The notes below the pieces were generated by a model. The model made no database searches. It was not told the origin of the DNA and saw nothing but the letters and a program-made list of their open reading frames with translations. The translations under genes were made by a program, and so were the position numbers. From the human T2T-CHM13v2.0 reference genome, Homo sapiens, in NCBI RefSeq assembly GCF_009914755.1, contig NC_060925.1: a DNA stretch of 64,000 nucleotides; one strand, given 5' to 3'. Shown here one piece after another: positions 31,818 to 55,649 of the stretch. Positions within the stretch are counted from its first letter, which is position 1. Each line of letters starts with the position of its first letter.

Positions 31818-34800
31818 GTCTCATGACCGGGAAGGGAGAAAAACAAAAGGGAGACGAGACACAACTCTAAGGGAAGGATGTGTGTGCGTGCGTGTGTGTA
31901 TGAGAGTGTGTGTACGTGCGCGCGCTCTCCCTCCTCTGCTGGGAGAAAGGAGGCTCCGGCAGCGGACAGGCAGCAGCCATCTTCCCACCCTGGAGACCAG
32001 TGGCCCCGGTGGGTCCAGCTCGCACCCTCTGATTGTGGCGGTCGCCCGTCCTGGTCCCCCACGCGCCGCGGAAGCTGGGGGAGCTGTCAGCCTGCTCCCC
32101 TCCTCTGGCTGCCTTCACTCGCCTGTCCGCCCCAGAGCTCGCTTTCCCTCCCGGGCGGCTGTACCGTTGTGGGCTACGTTCAGAGAAGTCCCACTATTGC
32201 CATGAGCAGGGACATAATAGAGTTTAAAGGCCGCCGTATTTTCTAAGTTTTAAAACAGTTTGCTTCGACGCCGTTGTTTATGACAACCGCGTGGCAACAC
32301 CAGGCACAATCTAATGTTGGTTCCAATCCTTCCCCTCTTTCTCTACCCCCGCTTTCCCCCTTTTCCCAAAGTGGGGCACAACTTGGTGTGGTCTTCAATG
32401 GGGATTGGTTTTGTGGGGATGGACCGTTCACTACGGATTGATTGATTTAAGAACCGCTTATTTAAATAAGTGGTGTTCAGGGTCAGAGGATTGTTTCAGA
32501 AGACAGTTGCATAGAGCAAGGTGGATTCGTGTTACACTGATCTTATTCACATTCAAAGGGAGTGATAGACATTTCATTCTTTCCGAAGTTCACAGTTGCT
32601 GAAAAAAAAATATTTGGGAACTCTGCCACTGTTTTCCGGTGAGATATAGAATTTTGTACTCTTGTTTACTACTGGGTTCCCTTCAGGCACTTTCACTTTT
32701 GTTTTTCGTGAGTTTCCTTTCTGGTTTTTTTTTTTTTCCTCTATTTCTTAATTCAGAGCAGAAATGGACTTCATAGTTGAGCAGGGTTCCTGGCTTTTAC
32801 AGGGAGAGAAACGGAGACTCTGAGTAGTGCTAGGAGTTGCTCTAGGGCACACATTTAATTAGAGCCCAGCTTGGATTGCGCCCTGCTCACCTGTCGTTTC
32901 TCTTAGGGGTTGGCTATAAGAGGATGGGGTGGGGACGGGACTCACGGAACATCGCTATGTGCTTATTGTGAATTATTTTTATTAGACTCACAGAGTTGAC
33001 CACTCTCCCCTTTGTGCATCCACTGTATGGTTTTTACATTTATTTTCTGGTGCCTTTCACAGATCAGCGTACGGCACAGTTGCTGTATCTCCCACTGAGG
33101 GTAAGCTTTGAGGCCAGGGCCATGCCATACTCATTTTATATCTCCCATATTTAGCACCATGACTAGCAATGAATGAGCAAATGAAGGCCTGAAGAGGATC
33201 TTTTCCATAATTCCATCCTAGGAAATTCCTTGCATGTTTCTGGTGAAGGTAGAACACTGGAGATGCTTTTTGATTCTTACACCTCTGCAGACCATTTTTG
33301 GCAGTCTTCTTTAGTTACAAAGCCAGGCAAAACATGTTTTGCTTTTCTCAATTTTTTAAATCAACTGCTTCCCCCCTCGCCCCGCCCCGCCCCTCGTTTT
33401 ACCATATTTGGTTCCTCTTCTTTAAATTCTTTCTGATTCATATGAATAAATTAGTTATGCCAACCTTTGCACTTTGTGAGTTGCTTTTGCTTTTAGACTC
33501 CAAAAGTTTGATAAAGTTTAAGGTGTGATTTAACCTGGTGCAGACTGGAAGCAAATCATCATGGGCAGACAAGACTCTGATTCTTCCTGGGATCACTGAA
33601 CTGGGAGACTGGCGGTTGAGCAGGCAAAAGAGGACTGTTGAAAAGATGTTAGCATCAGGCAAAAAGTACACGTTTACCAAAAACAACAACGACAACAAAA
33701 CAAACAAAAAACAGAATAACTGCCGTATACAATTACAGCTCAGAGGAGGATCTGGATTGTCACAGATCAGTTCTTATACATCTGGACTGATAAGGTTCCA
33801 TTGCATATCTGAACATGATCTACATGTATTCCTCTGGATGGGGTAAATGAAATTGGTATGAATGATTGTAACATCTACAACCCATATGTTTAATCCTTGA
33901 TAACAACAGTGTGATAGTAATTTAAGTATATCATCAGTTTGCAGTCAAGGTGGAGATGAAGTCTAATTATATATGTAAAGTCATTTGTTCTTTTGAATAC
34001 AAAACTGAACAGAAAAAAAAAGAACATGGCTCAAAACATATAGTTATAATAAATACCTCCATACCTCTTGTTTTACACACATGTGCACTCACACATTTTT
34101 AAAAAATCAAACTTTAGTCTTCTGAGGTACCATGTAGTGGCTGATTAAAGGAAGTTCTTATAAGCACCTCACCAGTCTTCCTCTCTCCAATATGTACTTG
34201 AAAATGACAATTCCTGGAGTCATGGTGAGAGCACAGACTTTGGAGTCTGGTACTAATCTCAGCTCTGCCAATTTGTTAACTGTGTCAGTCTGGGCAAGTT
34301 ATTTATCAGTTGCGATTCTTAGTTTCTTTACCCATAATATGAGCATTATAACAGCTAGCTCAAGAGTTTTTAGAATTGAAGTGTAATCAAAATGTATTAA
34401 GACATATGTAAAGCACCTAGCATGATACTCGGAAAATAATCTTCAATAAAGGGTCATTATAATAATTTTTAAACTGCATTTTATTTACCCCATGCACTTC
34501 CCAGAATTATTCTTTCCCTTTTGGCTGCCTGACCTTGGAAATTCAATAAACCTACTATTAATGAAAGTTCTGTGACTATGAAGATAAATCAGAATAGTTC
34601 CTGGCCTCAAAAAGTTCACACTTCAGCTTTGGAAGAGATACAGATACAAGGAACTAGACTGATACTGGTAACCGAAAGAGAAGACCACTTTGTACCAGTT
34701 TATGATGATCTACCTGAGCTGTATTTAATTAAGATTGGGTTTTTTTTTAAAGATTTACTAGTATCGACACAATGATAAAGCTTGTGGAAGCAGGAAAATT

Positions 34801-35253
34801 CAAGAAAAAAAATCTCACATTTTCACATAAATGAGGAATACTATCTTTAAAACTCCATCTAGTCAGTATAATTCCTCAGCTTTAAGAAACAATTTTCTGA
34901 TCCATTATAAGAGGCAAGCTTCTTTTGCGTTCATGTGAAAAATATGCCAGGTTGTACCTTTGAAGTAATGTTGGAGAAATGTAGTTAATAGGAAGCACTT
35001 CTGGTTGTTAATTAATTAAACCACTTTAATCAAGAACTATTTTCTGAGAAACTTATTCCCAGCCCTGGGTGGGGTGCTAAAGAAACAAAGATGATGAAGA
35101 TAACAGACTTTGCCCTTATGGAACTCATCATCTAAGAATCAAATGTTTATTGATTACCTACAGGGGATGCAATAGTGAAAGAGATACTGAGCTTAGTCTA
35201 TTGAGAGATTGATATATACACATATCTTTCTAGCTTCCTCAAGAAGTATGTGA

Positions 35254-36403
<1,150 letters not shown>

Positions 36404-36656
36404 TTAAGTTATTTTCAATTTCCCTCAAATCTGAACTATTGAAATAGCTTTCTGGTCTCTCAGTTCCTGTCCTTCTGAACTCTGTTTTGTTTTCCACAGG
36501 CTACTACAGTGATTCTAAAATGCAAACCCTGTTACACTGTTCCCCTGCTTAAAAAACTTTCCTGGCTCCCCATTATCTGCCAAGCATGACACACAAGACC
36601 CTTTGTGATCTTGCTCTGCCAAGCCTTCCAGCCTCATCCTCCATCACACCCACAGG

Positions 36657-36845
36657 AAGAGTTGCCAGATTTATTAAATAAAAATATGAGACGCATAGTT
36701 AAATATAAATTGCAGATAAACAATAACTTTTTGGCATAAACACGTCCCAAATATTGCATGACACATACTTAATACTAAAACATTTCCATTGTTTATCTGA
36801 AATCCAAATTTCAGTAGGCATCCTGTGTTTTATCTGGCAACCCTA
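36657..36845. mobile_element. MER53 palindromic DNA element
   Basis: GTTGCCAGAT...ATCTGGCAACCCTA terminal inverted repeats and an internal CAGATAAACAA / TTGTTTATCTG pair. Confidence 0.8.
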
Positions 36846-38624
36846 CTCATGCCAGGCTGATTGATTAACTTTCCAATTCCTACAGTCTCTTCTTTCCTTT
36901 GCAGGTGCCTGATAACCTCTACACCATGTCCCTTATCCACATGATATTCTTTGCTACTTCTTCAAAGCCAGGCATGGAGTTCTGGAACTCTGTGGGTGTG
37001 AGCTTGGAATCCAATGTGCCCGAGGATGGGCCTCGCCACCTGTGTGCTTTGTTTACTATCTGGGCTTCTGCCCCAGTTCCTGTTCACCCTTCCCATTCTC
37101 CCTCCTGGAACTGGATTTCTGCCCCGAACCCCAGTTTACTTGGCTGGAGCCCACATATAGTTTTTCACCCTTGCCAGCTCTTTCTCTGGGACTGTGGGTA
37201 AGAGCCTTCCTCCCAGCTGCTGGCTGGGCTTGTGATCTAAACTGGATGGATCATTGAAACCTGCCACAGATGCTGCTACCTTTTTGCCTTGCTTGCTACA
37301 AAGGATGGACAAGAAACTCAAATGAAATCAAGTTTGTGAAATAGTTTGTAAAGTGTAACATCTCTATTATGGTAGTTTAACTTACAAAGTTCAAGCTCTT
37401 ACTGGTATTGCACATGAAAGCCCCACTCTAAAGTGCCCCAGATTCCTCTTGTTTCTGCTCATGCCTAGTGATATATGATGCTGAAAATGATGTGGAAAAT
37501 GTCCAAATGTTCTCGAATTTTGATTAGTACATTCTGCCACACTGGTTATTGCATTATGGATGGAGATGGAGAATTGCTTGAACACGGGAGACAGTGGTTG
37601 CAGTGAGCCAAGATCGCACCACTGCACTCCAGTCTGGGCGGCTGAGCGAGACTCTGTCTCAAAAAAAAATAAAAAATAAAAAATAAAAAAATTGTAATCT
37701 TATGAACCAGAACATACCTCTTCACAACTGAAACCAAAGTCTCACGAACTATGTCTTATCCTAAGTCTGTGTAATGCACTCTGATATTTTCTATTTTATT
37801 TCATTTTTTAAAAAATTGGTCGACCCATCAAATTAATTTTATAACTCATGAATGGATTGTTACTTGCATTTTCCCAGACACTGATATGCACTGTCTAATG
37901 AGATTCCCTATATTAACCAACTGATTGGGACAATTGTTAAATGTAATTGTTAAATGTTTACCTCATTTGGTGCTAGATCCATAGGAATCACCCTGCCCAC
38001 TAAAGGAGTGAGGCCACCTCACTGAGGTAAGTCACAGTTGTTCTCACTGATAAGATCAGAAAGCACAGTACTGCAGCCAGACTTTCAAAGCTACCTGAGG
38101 TTAATATACATAATTCCTGGCTGGGCCATTTTTAAAAAGGGATAGCTGCAAAATTACCACAACTACATTTATCTTAGAATAGAGGGATATTGTTTGGGGG
38201 CAACTCTTTCTTAGACTGTTTAAATCATTCCTGGTTAGGTTAAAGAGACTTTTAGGTTTCTGAGGTTTCACGTCAATTTCAGAGGTAAGCAAACATAAAA
38301 TAAAAGCTCTCTCACTGCTATGATTTTGTTTTACTCTCCTTTTCCCTAAATGGTGAGCAGATTAGTCTAATATTCAGATTTCACTCTAATAGCCTGCTTT
38401 GACAATCTGGGAAACACTAGATTCCAAAGAAAATAAGGAAATATATATACATATATGTATATATAATTATGGTCCAAACGGAGTGGAAAGAATACAACAC
38501 ATGTAAGGAATTCTTTTGTTACAGGTACTCAGTCTAGTCCTCTTCTGCCCATTTCCTTCCCCTAACACGTCTTCCCTAACTTACAGCTGCCTCATTCTTT
38601 TTTTCCTTCTGATAGAGTTTTGCT

Positions 38625-39500
38625 GGTTTTGTTGATCTTGGAAAGATCAGTTTCAGCTCAGTGGTGCACAAAAGCTGGATTGGAGAGAATTTAAGAGAGA
38701 ATAATAGGAGAAGAGGAATTAGAGACAGCTAGTATAGACAACTGGCTACAAGGGTTACAGAGAAATAAGAAGGTAACCAATAAGGGAAGTGCTGTCAAGA
38801 GGAGATTTTTGTTTTTGAAATGGTTGACACAACAGCATGGTTGTATACTGATAGAAATGATCCAGTAGAGGAAAAATTGATGAAGTAGGGTAGACAGGGA
38901 GGATTTGCTGGTCTAGTGTTCTTTATTCTGCGAGAGGGGTGAGATCTAACGCACAAGTGGAGGCTTTTGCATGGCTGCACCAAGAGTGCTTCCTTACTGA
39001 CAGGGAGAAAGGCAGGGCCTAAAGCCGTACCCCTGCATGGATAAGTGTGCATGGTAAGAGTGAATGGAAGTTCTCTTCTGATTCTTCAGTTTTTTCAGTG
39101 AGGAAAGAAGCACAGTCGACAGCTGAGAGTGAGGATGGGGGAGAAGAGAAGAACAGAGATGAAAATGTCCATGAATAGAGTAGGAGAGTGAAAGGACCAG
39201 GGAAATACAGGACATTTGCTGGGAAAATAGCAAGGGCCTACTTAAGTTCCTAGTGATACCTTTAAAGTAAGACCAAACAGCTTGGTGTGTGTGTGGGTGG
39301 GTGTGTTTGTCTATCTGTCTGTCTGTTTTCCATCTATGACCAGCTCATGGGTACAGAAACAGTATGGGTGGAAAGTTGGATTTAACCGGAGTTGCAGTTT
39401 TGCCCACCAGCATGGCAGAATTAAAGTGGTCAGGGAGTTCAGGGAGTGATTATACAGATCGACTCTGAAATTTAAGCTGGTTAAAGATGGAATAGAGGGC
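38625..39500 (-). mobile_element. LINE-2 fragment
   Basis: Degenerate purine-rich L2 text (GAGGAATTAGAGACAGCTAGTATAGACAAC, GGAATGATCCAGTAGAG-like). Confidence 0.65.
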
Positions 39501-40116
39501 TTCAAATGGCTATGGCAGTTAAGACAGAAATGGTGCCTCTGATGTGCCTCCCTTTGGTCTTTGCACGACTGGCTCCCTCTTGTGGTTCAGTCATTCTGTG
39601 CTCTCACCCTTTTAACTGCAGAGGACTTAACGTTGTTTTCTTATTACTTTCTTCTATTTATCCACCCAGCTATGTATGCTCTGTGCTCTGCTTTACACTA
39701 TTAGAATATAAGCTCCATGAGAGCAAGCACCTTGTCAGTAATGTTCATTGTTTTATAGCCACAGCACTTATTTGACTTATTTGGCAGAGTGAAGACAACA
39801 AGTATTTGATGGAAGAATGAAGAATGACTAGGACGTGATTATAAGGCCTTCGCCATCCTGTGCATGGTCTTCTACATGTGCTCCTGTTTGTCAGTTTTCT
39901 GTTTCTAACCTCCACCAAGAGAAAGAAGATGCTTCCCCAGGGTTAGGGTTACTTGCTAGTCAATCCACTCCAGGTCTCCCTCAAGGCCTTCCAAGGCTCT
40001 GGGGAGGAGAACTCAAGGAGAAATTTACCCCAGAGTTACTGAGGCACCAGATGTTTCAGAGGCCAGCCAAAGAGGAAGGAGGTGTCATAAGGGCATAATT
40101 GCTTTCCATTTTGTTT

Positions 40117-41145
40117 TGAATTTTTTTTTTTTTTTTTTTTTGAGACAGGGTCTCGCTTTGTCACCCAGGCTGGAGTGCTGTGGCACAATCATGGCTCAAT
40201 GCAGCCTCAACCTCCTGGGCACAAGTGATCCTCCCGCCTCATTCCCCCAAGTAGCTGGGACTACAGGCCCATGCCACCCTACTCAGCTAATTTTTGTATT
40301 TGTTTGTATTCTTTTGTTCCACCATGTCACCCAGGCTGGTCTTGAATTCCTGGGCTCAAGCAGTCCTCTTGCCTCGGCCTCCCAAAGTGCTGGAATTACA
40401 GGCATAAGCAACTATGCGTGGTCTATTTTGCTCATTTCTTACTGGGTTATTTTCTTATTGCCGAATTTTAGAAGTTTTTAATATATTATGGATGCAAGTC
40501 CTTCATCAGATGTATGTTTTGCAAATATTGTCATTTCTCAGTGGTGTCTTTTGAAGAGCAGAAGTTTTAATTTTTATAAAGTTTTAACTTGTCAGCTGTG
40601 TCTTAGATTGTTCATGCTTTTTCTGTCATGTGCAAGAAATCTGCCTAATCGAAGGCTGCAAAGATTTTGTCCTGTTTTATTCAAGTTGTTGTATATAATG
40701 TGAAGTTAAGGTCAAATTTCATCTTTTTGCATGTGGTTATTCAGCTGTTCCAGCACCTTCTGTTGAAAAGACTATTCTTTCCCCACTGAATTATTTGGCA
40801 CGTTTCTTGAAAATCAATTGAACCAAAGCGTGGGCCGCACAGTGGCTCATGCCTGTAATCCCAGCACTTTGGGAGGACGAGGAGGCCAGATCACCTGAGG
40901 TCCAGAGTTCAAGACCAGCATGGCCAACATGGCAAAGCCCGTCTCTACTAAAAAAAAAAATACAAAAATTAGCCAGGTGTGGTGGCACGCATCTGCAATC
41001 CCAGCTACTCAGGAGGCTGAGGCAGGAGTATTGCTTGAACCTGGGAGGCAGAGGTTGTAGTGAGCCGAGATTATGCCACGGAACTCCAGCCTAGGTGAGA
41101 GTGAGACTCTGTCTCAAAAACAACAACAACAACAACAACAACAAA
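40117..41145. mobile_element. Alu(-) 40117-40420 and Alu(+) 40832-41145 with (CAA)n tail
   Basis: Alu consensus. Confidence 0.9.
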
Positions 41146-41328
41146 AGTGTGAAGTCTGCTACTGGACTTTCTAGTCTTCCATTTATCTAAATATCTATTG
41201 TTCTGTCTTTATAATGCTTTCTTGATTACTGTGGCATTGTAGTAAGTTTTAGAATCAGGTAAATCCTTCAACTTTTTCTTTATCAAAATTGTTTCACTAT
41301 TCTGGATTCTTTGCACTTTCATATAAAC

Positions 41329-42169
<841 letters not shown>

Positions 42170-42207
42170 CACTTCCATATAAAATTTAGGAATAGCTTGT
42201 CAATTTA

Positions 42208-43120
<913 letters not shown>

Positions 43121-44126
43121 ACACTGAATTTATACATCAATATTGGGAAATTGTCATCTTAACAATATTGAATCTTCCAACCCATGACATCATATCTCTC
43201 CCATTTTATATAAGTCCTTTTAAATTTATCTTAGCAGTGTTTTGTACAAGTTTGCCTTTCTCTCGTCTAATTTAGTCCTAAGTATCTTATTCTTTTGATG
43301 CTCATTAAACGGACTTACTAGTTATGATACGTTTTTGTAGATTCTTTGCAGTTTCTTACATACAAGATAATGTTGCTTGAGAATCACAATAGCTTTTAAA
43401 CTCTTTGCTCACTACATTTCAGTTAAACCTCTCACTCCCTCTAGCACCCAAGACCATAGCCCAAAAATATCCAAATGCTTCCCTTCTAAGGATAGAGTCA
43501 GGTGTCCTTAAATTTCTCCTAAAGATTGGAATGTTCCACCAACAGCAGTGTTGATCTTCTACTATGGTAGTGTGCTATGTCCATCTCTAGCACAAAGATA
43601 AACATGTCACAAGAACCATGCATTCATGCACTCAGGATTCTTTTCCCCTTTGCCCCTGTGACTTGTGTGTATCTTTGCTTCAGTTATTGACCAACCATCC
43701 TACAGATGGCTATACTCTTAGATAAGTTTTTGATAAGTTTTCTGTCTGTAGTAATTTTGTCTTTGCTCAAATCTCAGACAGTTCTCTCATAGTTACATCT
43801 TGACCACTGGGATATTTTTGGATCCTGATTCTGCCATTCAGCATATTAGTTATCCCAACAAAATTCATGCTTTCTCATATTTGGGCAGTAGATCATAGTC
43901 TTTAGCCAAGTAAATTGTGAACAAAAATCTTATAGCAGAGACAGACCACTGTGGCATGGCATTAGAGACCTTCTCTCTGGTTGCCTTTGATCAGCAATTA
44001 GTACTCTTTAGGAATGACTGCTCTGCTAATTACACGTGAACTTACCTATGCTTCCTTTCTTCAACTGTAAAATGAGGATAATAATAGTACTCTCCTCACA
44101 AGACTGTTGCAAGGATTAGATGACTA

Positions 44127-46143
<2,017 letters not shown>

Positions 46144-47160
46144 TTACAAAAGATTAAATGATAAAGTACAGAACATAGTACCTGGCACATGGTAGGTGTT
46201 CAATAAATGTTTCCTTCCTTTTTCATTGTCATTGATGGTCCATTACAAAATATATATTAAAGGAAAAGATGCTGAAAGCCTGGTAGATTTGGGTACTTCT
46301 ATGTCAAAGATACCATTCATGCCCTTTTATAAGTGATTCAAAAAATTAACATATGCCTCAACTTCTACCTTGCAGTGAACTCCCGAAAGGTGGCAACAAA
46401 TCCTTTTAGAGTTTCTTAGAACAGAGAAAATCCAACTGTGATGCTACAGAATATTGGCTCCTCTGTTGTGTTCTTGGATTTCCTCTCAACAGTTGCTTGC
46501 TGTGGTTTCTTAGGTTACAGGTACAATTAGTGAACTAAGGATTTAAGGTATGAGGCTTATTATTATTATTGGCTTTAATGTAACTATGGCTTATGCCTTA
46601 TTATTTCTGGACTTCAGTCATCACTGTCATTATCAGATCTGCTGATCATCAGTCATTTCAGGGCCAAAAATAACAAAAGCACCAGAAACTGAAATACTGA
46701 GGACAATATAATCAACTCTGTTATTCAGGGACTCATTATTTCAATTTAGAATTTGTTCAATTCCGATTCAGAATTTGTTAGAATTTCCCAACTGGATGTG
46801 CATTCGAGCGTAACTTTGTTGTGTGAGTAGCAAAATACTTTGCAAAGCAAAATAATGAACAAGATTGCAGGAGGAATTTTCAACCCGCTAAAGAAAACAG
46901 TAGGATGAGAACATTGAGAACTCATAGAGGTTTCCATTTACTTAAAGAATTAGAAGCATGCATGTATACACTAAGATATCACGATATATTTGGCTGATCC
47001 ATTTTCTTCTCTGTCTCCTTCATTAGACTTGGCTTTTTTGAGAATAGGAACAAAGTTCCTGTAAGAGTAGGTTTTTGTACATGTTAGCTAAATTAGTAGG
47101 TCCTTTAGTGCTGCGTGGATGGCTTAGGTGTTAATCATATTCATGAGTCTTTACCAAACA

Positions 47161-47191
<31 letters not shown>

Positions 47192-47210
47192 GCATGCAGG
47201 TGCAAAATTC

Positions 47211-47593
47211 TGTCACTAGGATCCACTGAGCTGGAGTTAGGATTGCAAGAGGTTGTTGGGGATAATTATGCCTATAAAAGATAAAAGTGGGGAAGAAGCA
47301 GGATTGTGTAGGAAAAGTCTCAGACCATGATGTGGATCTGAGAATGTCTTGATGACCCTCTGGAAAGTTCTGGAACAAAGATTACTCATTAGAAAAGCCC
47401 CACATTAGGCAAAAACGGCCAGGCCCTAGTATCCCTACCATGCTTAGTCATTGGCTGGGGGATGCCCAAGAAGAGCATGACCTCAGCTCAATAGCTAACA
47501 AATGGAGGCTATCGGCTAACTGCACTGCTTGCAGCTGAGCAGCAACTTCTTTCTTAAAGGAAGATCTGAGTGATGCACCTCTGTGGTTGCCAC
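47211..47593. mobile_element. LTR33-like ERVL solo LTR
   Basis: GGCCAGGCCCTAGTATCCCTACCATGCTTAGTCATTGGCTGGG motif and TG...CA ends. Family is from recall. Confidence 0.55.
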
Positions 47594-47839
47594 AAGTCCC
47601 AAGATAATGAACCTCCCTCATAACACAAATTCAGATATGAGGTGATTGACTCTAACTGCCACTTCCAAAAACATCTGCCCACCTCTTCTCTGAGGAAGCA
47701 TGAACAGAAAGTCTTAGGTGGACAAAAGACAGAGAGCTGTATTACGCTGAGAGTCCCCAGGGTCTGAAAACTTGGTTGACAATAAGAGAATCAGCCAATT
47801 GGAGGATTCTGTGTATTGCTACTGTTGAAACCCAGCCAG

Positions 47840-50671
<2,832 letters not shown>

Positions 50672-50960
50672 TAACATTTAATGAGATGGAATCTCTGCTT
50701 CCAATCAGGCCACAGTCTGGTTGAGAAGGCCCCTGAAGTGATGTTTGAGACCCAGCAGCATCACTAATTCTGAGAGTTCCACTATAGCAGTTCTGAATGT
50801 CCACCTCAAGCCAGTTAAACATTTAGTAACACCAAATTATTGGACTTTCCTTCTAAGAGAATTTACATCTGAAATATAACAATTAGCCAAGTAATTTAAT
50901 TTTTAATAACTCTTTGATAAACTCTAGGCTCATAGTTTTAAAATGTACTTAATGCACACA

Positions 50961-51343
50961 TATTGCATCCCCCCCAAAATTCATATGTTGAAGTCCTAAT
51001 CCCCAGTACTGCAGAATGTGACTGTATTTGGAGATAGGGTCTTTAAAAAGGTGATTAAGTTAAATGAGAGCATTAGGGTCAGCTCTAATCCAATCTGACT
51101 TTATAAAAGGAAATTTATACACACATAGAGACACCAGTGGTGTGTGTGCACAGAAGAAGGACCATGTGAGGACACAGGGAGAATATGGCCATCTGTAAGC
51201 CAAGACGAAATGTCTTCAAAAGAAACCAATCCTGCTGACACTTTGATGTTGGGCTTCTAGCCTCCAGAACTGTGAGAATATAAATTTAGTTTAAGCCAAC
51301 TAGTCAGTGGTACTTTGTTATGGCAGCCCTTGCAAACTAATAG
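50961..51343 (+). mobile_element. MLT1B-like MaLR solo LTR
   Basis: CCCCAAAATTCATATGTTGAAGTCCTAA...GAATGTGACTGTATTTGGAGATAGGGTCTTTAA...TTTGTTATGGCAGCCCT.GCAAACTAATA. Confidence 0.85.
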
Positions 51344-51545
51344 ATATATGATCCTGCCAGTAAAATGCATATGTACATACATTTTAAAATGCACTCATGT
51401 TTTCCCTGTGTTAAAAAGTCTGTACCTCATCTTATAGAAATCAGGAACCATTGAGATAGTTTTTGATCAGAGGAGTGACAGGACCATATCTATGTTCTAG
51501 AAAGAGAATTCTGATGTCAACCAGGAGAATGAGTTGGAAAGGTGG

Positions 51546-51903
51546 TGATATGGTTTGGCTGTGTCTCCACCCAAATCTCATCTTGAATTCACATGTGTTG
51601 TGGGAGGGATCTGGTGGGAGGTAATTGAATCATGAGGGCAAGTCTTTCCTGTGCTGTTCTTGTGATAATGAATAAGTCTCATGAGATCTGGTGGTTTTAA
51701 AAATAGGAGTTCCCCTGCACAAGCTCTCTCCCTCTTTGCCTCCTGCCATCCATGTAAGACATGACTTGCTCCTCCTTGCCTTCCACTATGACTGTGAGGT
51801 TTCCCCAGCCACATGGAACTGTAAGTCCAGTTAAATGTCTTTCTTTTGTAAATTTCCCAGTCTTGGGTATGTCTTTATCAGCAGTGTGAAAACCAACTAA
51901 TAC
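51546..51903 (+). mobile_element. THE1 (THE1A/B-like) solo LTR
   Basis: TGATATGGTTTGGCTGTGTC.CCACCCAAATCTCATCTTGAATT...TATGTCTTTATCAGCAGTGTGAAAAC..ACTAATAC. Confidence 0.9.
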
Positions 51904-52221
51904 TGAGACTGAGGGTAGGAAACCTAACAAGGAGGCTGCTGCCATCAAGTGGAGTCACCAATCCCTTGACCAAAGGCCCTGAAACATCTAGAGGGTATGC
52001 TGAGAGCAGGGGTGCATAAGTGAGTTTACCCTGGGGAAATAAATGCATTTTGCACAAATTACCCATTGGCCTGAATTTAAACTTTCATCATGGACTAGAC
52101 TAGCCTTGGTGACAAAGTATTTGAGGGAAGCTGACTTTGCTTGTACAGGAGATCCCTAAGTTTTGGACACCAGTCTCTTAGAGAGAGCTGTGTGTTTCTT
52201 TTTCAGATATTTGCTGTTCTT

Positions 52222-55240
<3,019 letters not shown>

Positions 55241-55551
55241 ACTATTCTGTTTCTAATAAAAGGGCATTAATTGTCTCTGTGCGCCATTTTCTTCATTTGC
55301 CAAATAGAGACAATAGCAAGACTGTTTCTGCCCTCCCTGTCTCTCAGGAAGGACATTTCATAACTCTGAGGAGCCCCATTCAGGGATGACTACTGGTGCT
55401 CATTGCAGGGGTATCACCTCAGGGTTATAAAGGTGAGAGGTTTTTAAAGTGCAGGTGTTTCACAAATGCAAGATAATACTTGTATCTGTTTGGAATGGGC
55501 TGTGTTTAGGAGCTGGGGAAGAGGAAAAAGGAAAGGTTTCAAGCAGTTCTA

Positions 55552-55624
55552 TTAGGTTGGTGCAAAAGTAATTGCAGTTTTTGCAATTACTTTAATGGCT
55601 AAAACTGAAATTACCTTTGCACCA
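55552..55624. mobile_element. MADE1 (Hsmar1-derived MITE), right end truncated
   Basis: TA|TTAGGTTGGTGCAAAAGTAATTGC...AATTACCTTTGCACCA palindrome. Confidence 0.9.
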
Positions 55625-55649
55625 GTACTTCACTCCTCACCTTTAGCCC

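Larger units (their letters stand above)
30430..32300. promoter_or_regulatory. JAK1: CpG island promoter (distal JAK1 / pri-miR-101-1 promoter)
   Basis: Very high GC and CpG density, GC boxes (e.g. GGGCGGGGGCGGGGG at ~30888-30903) and no interspersed repeats. JAK1 is assigned from the known position of MIR101-1 within the long first intron of the distal JAK1 transcripts. Confidence 0.85.

Noticed and set aside
30472-32246. Long overlapping ORFs of 100-229 aa on both strands
   Set aside because: Stop codons are scarce in GC-rich island DNA. The products are low-complexity R/P/G/A with no recognisable domain and no JAK1 coding sequence.
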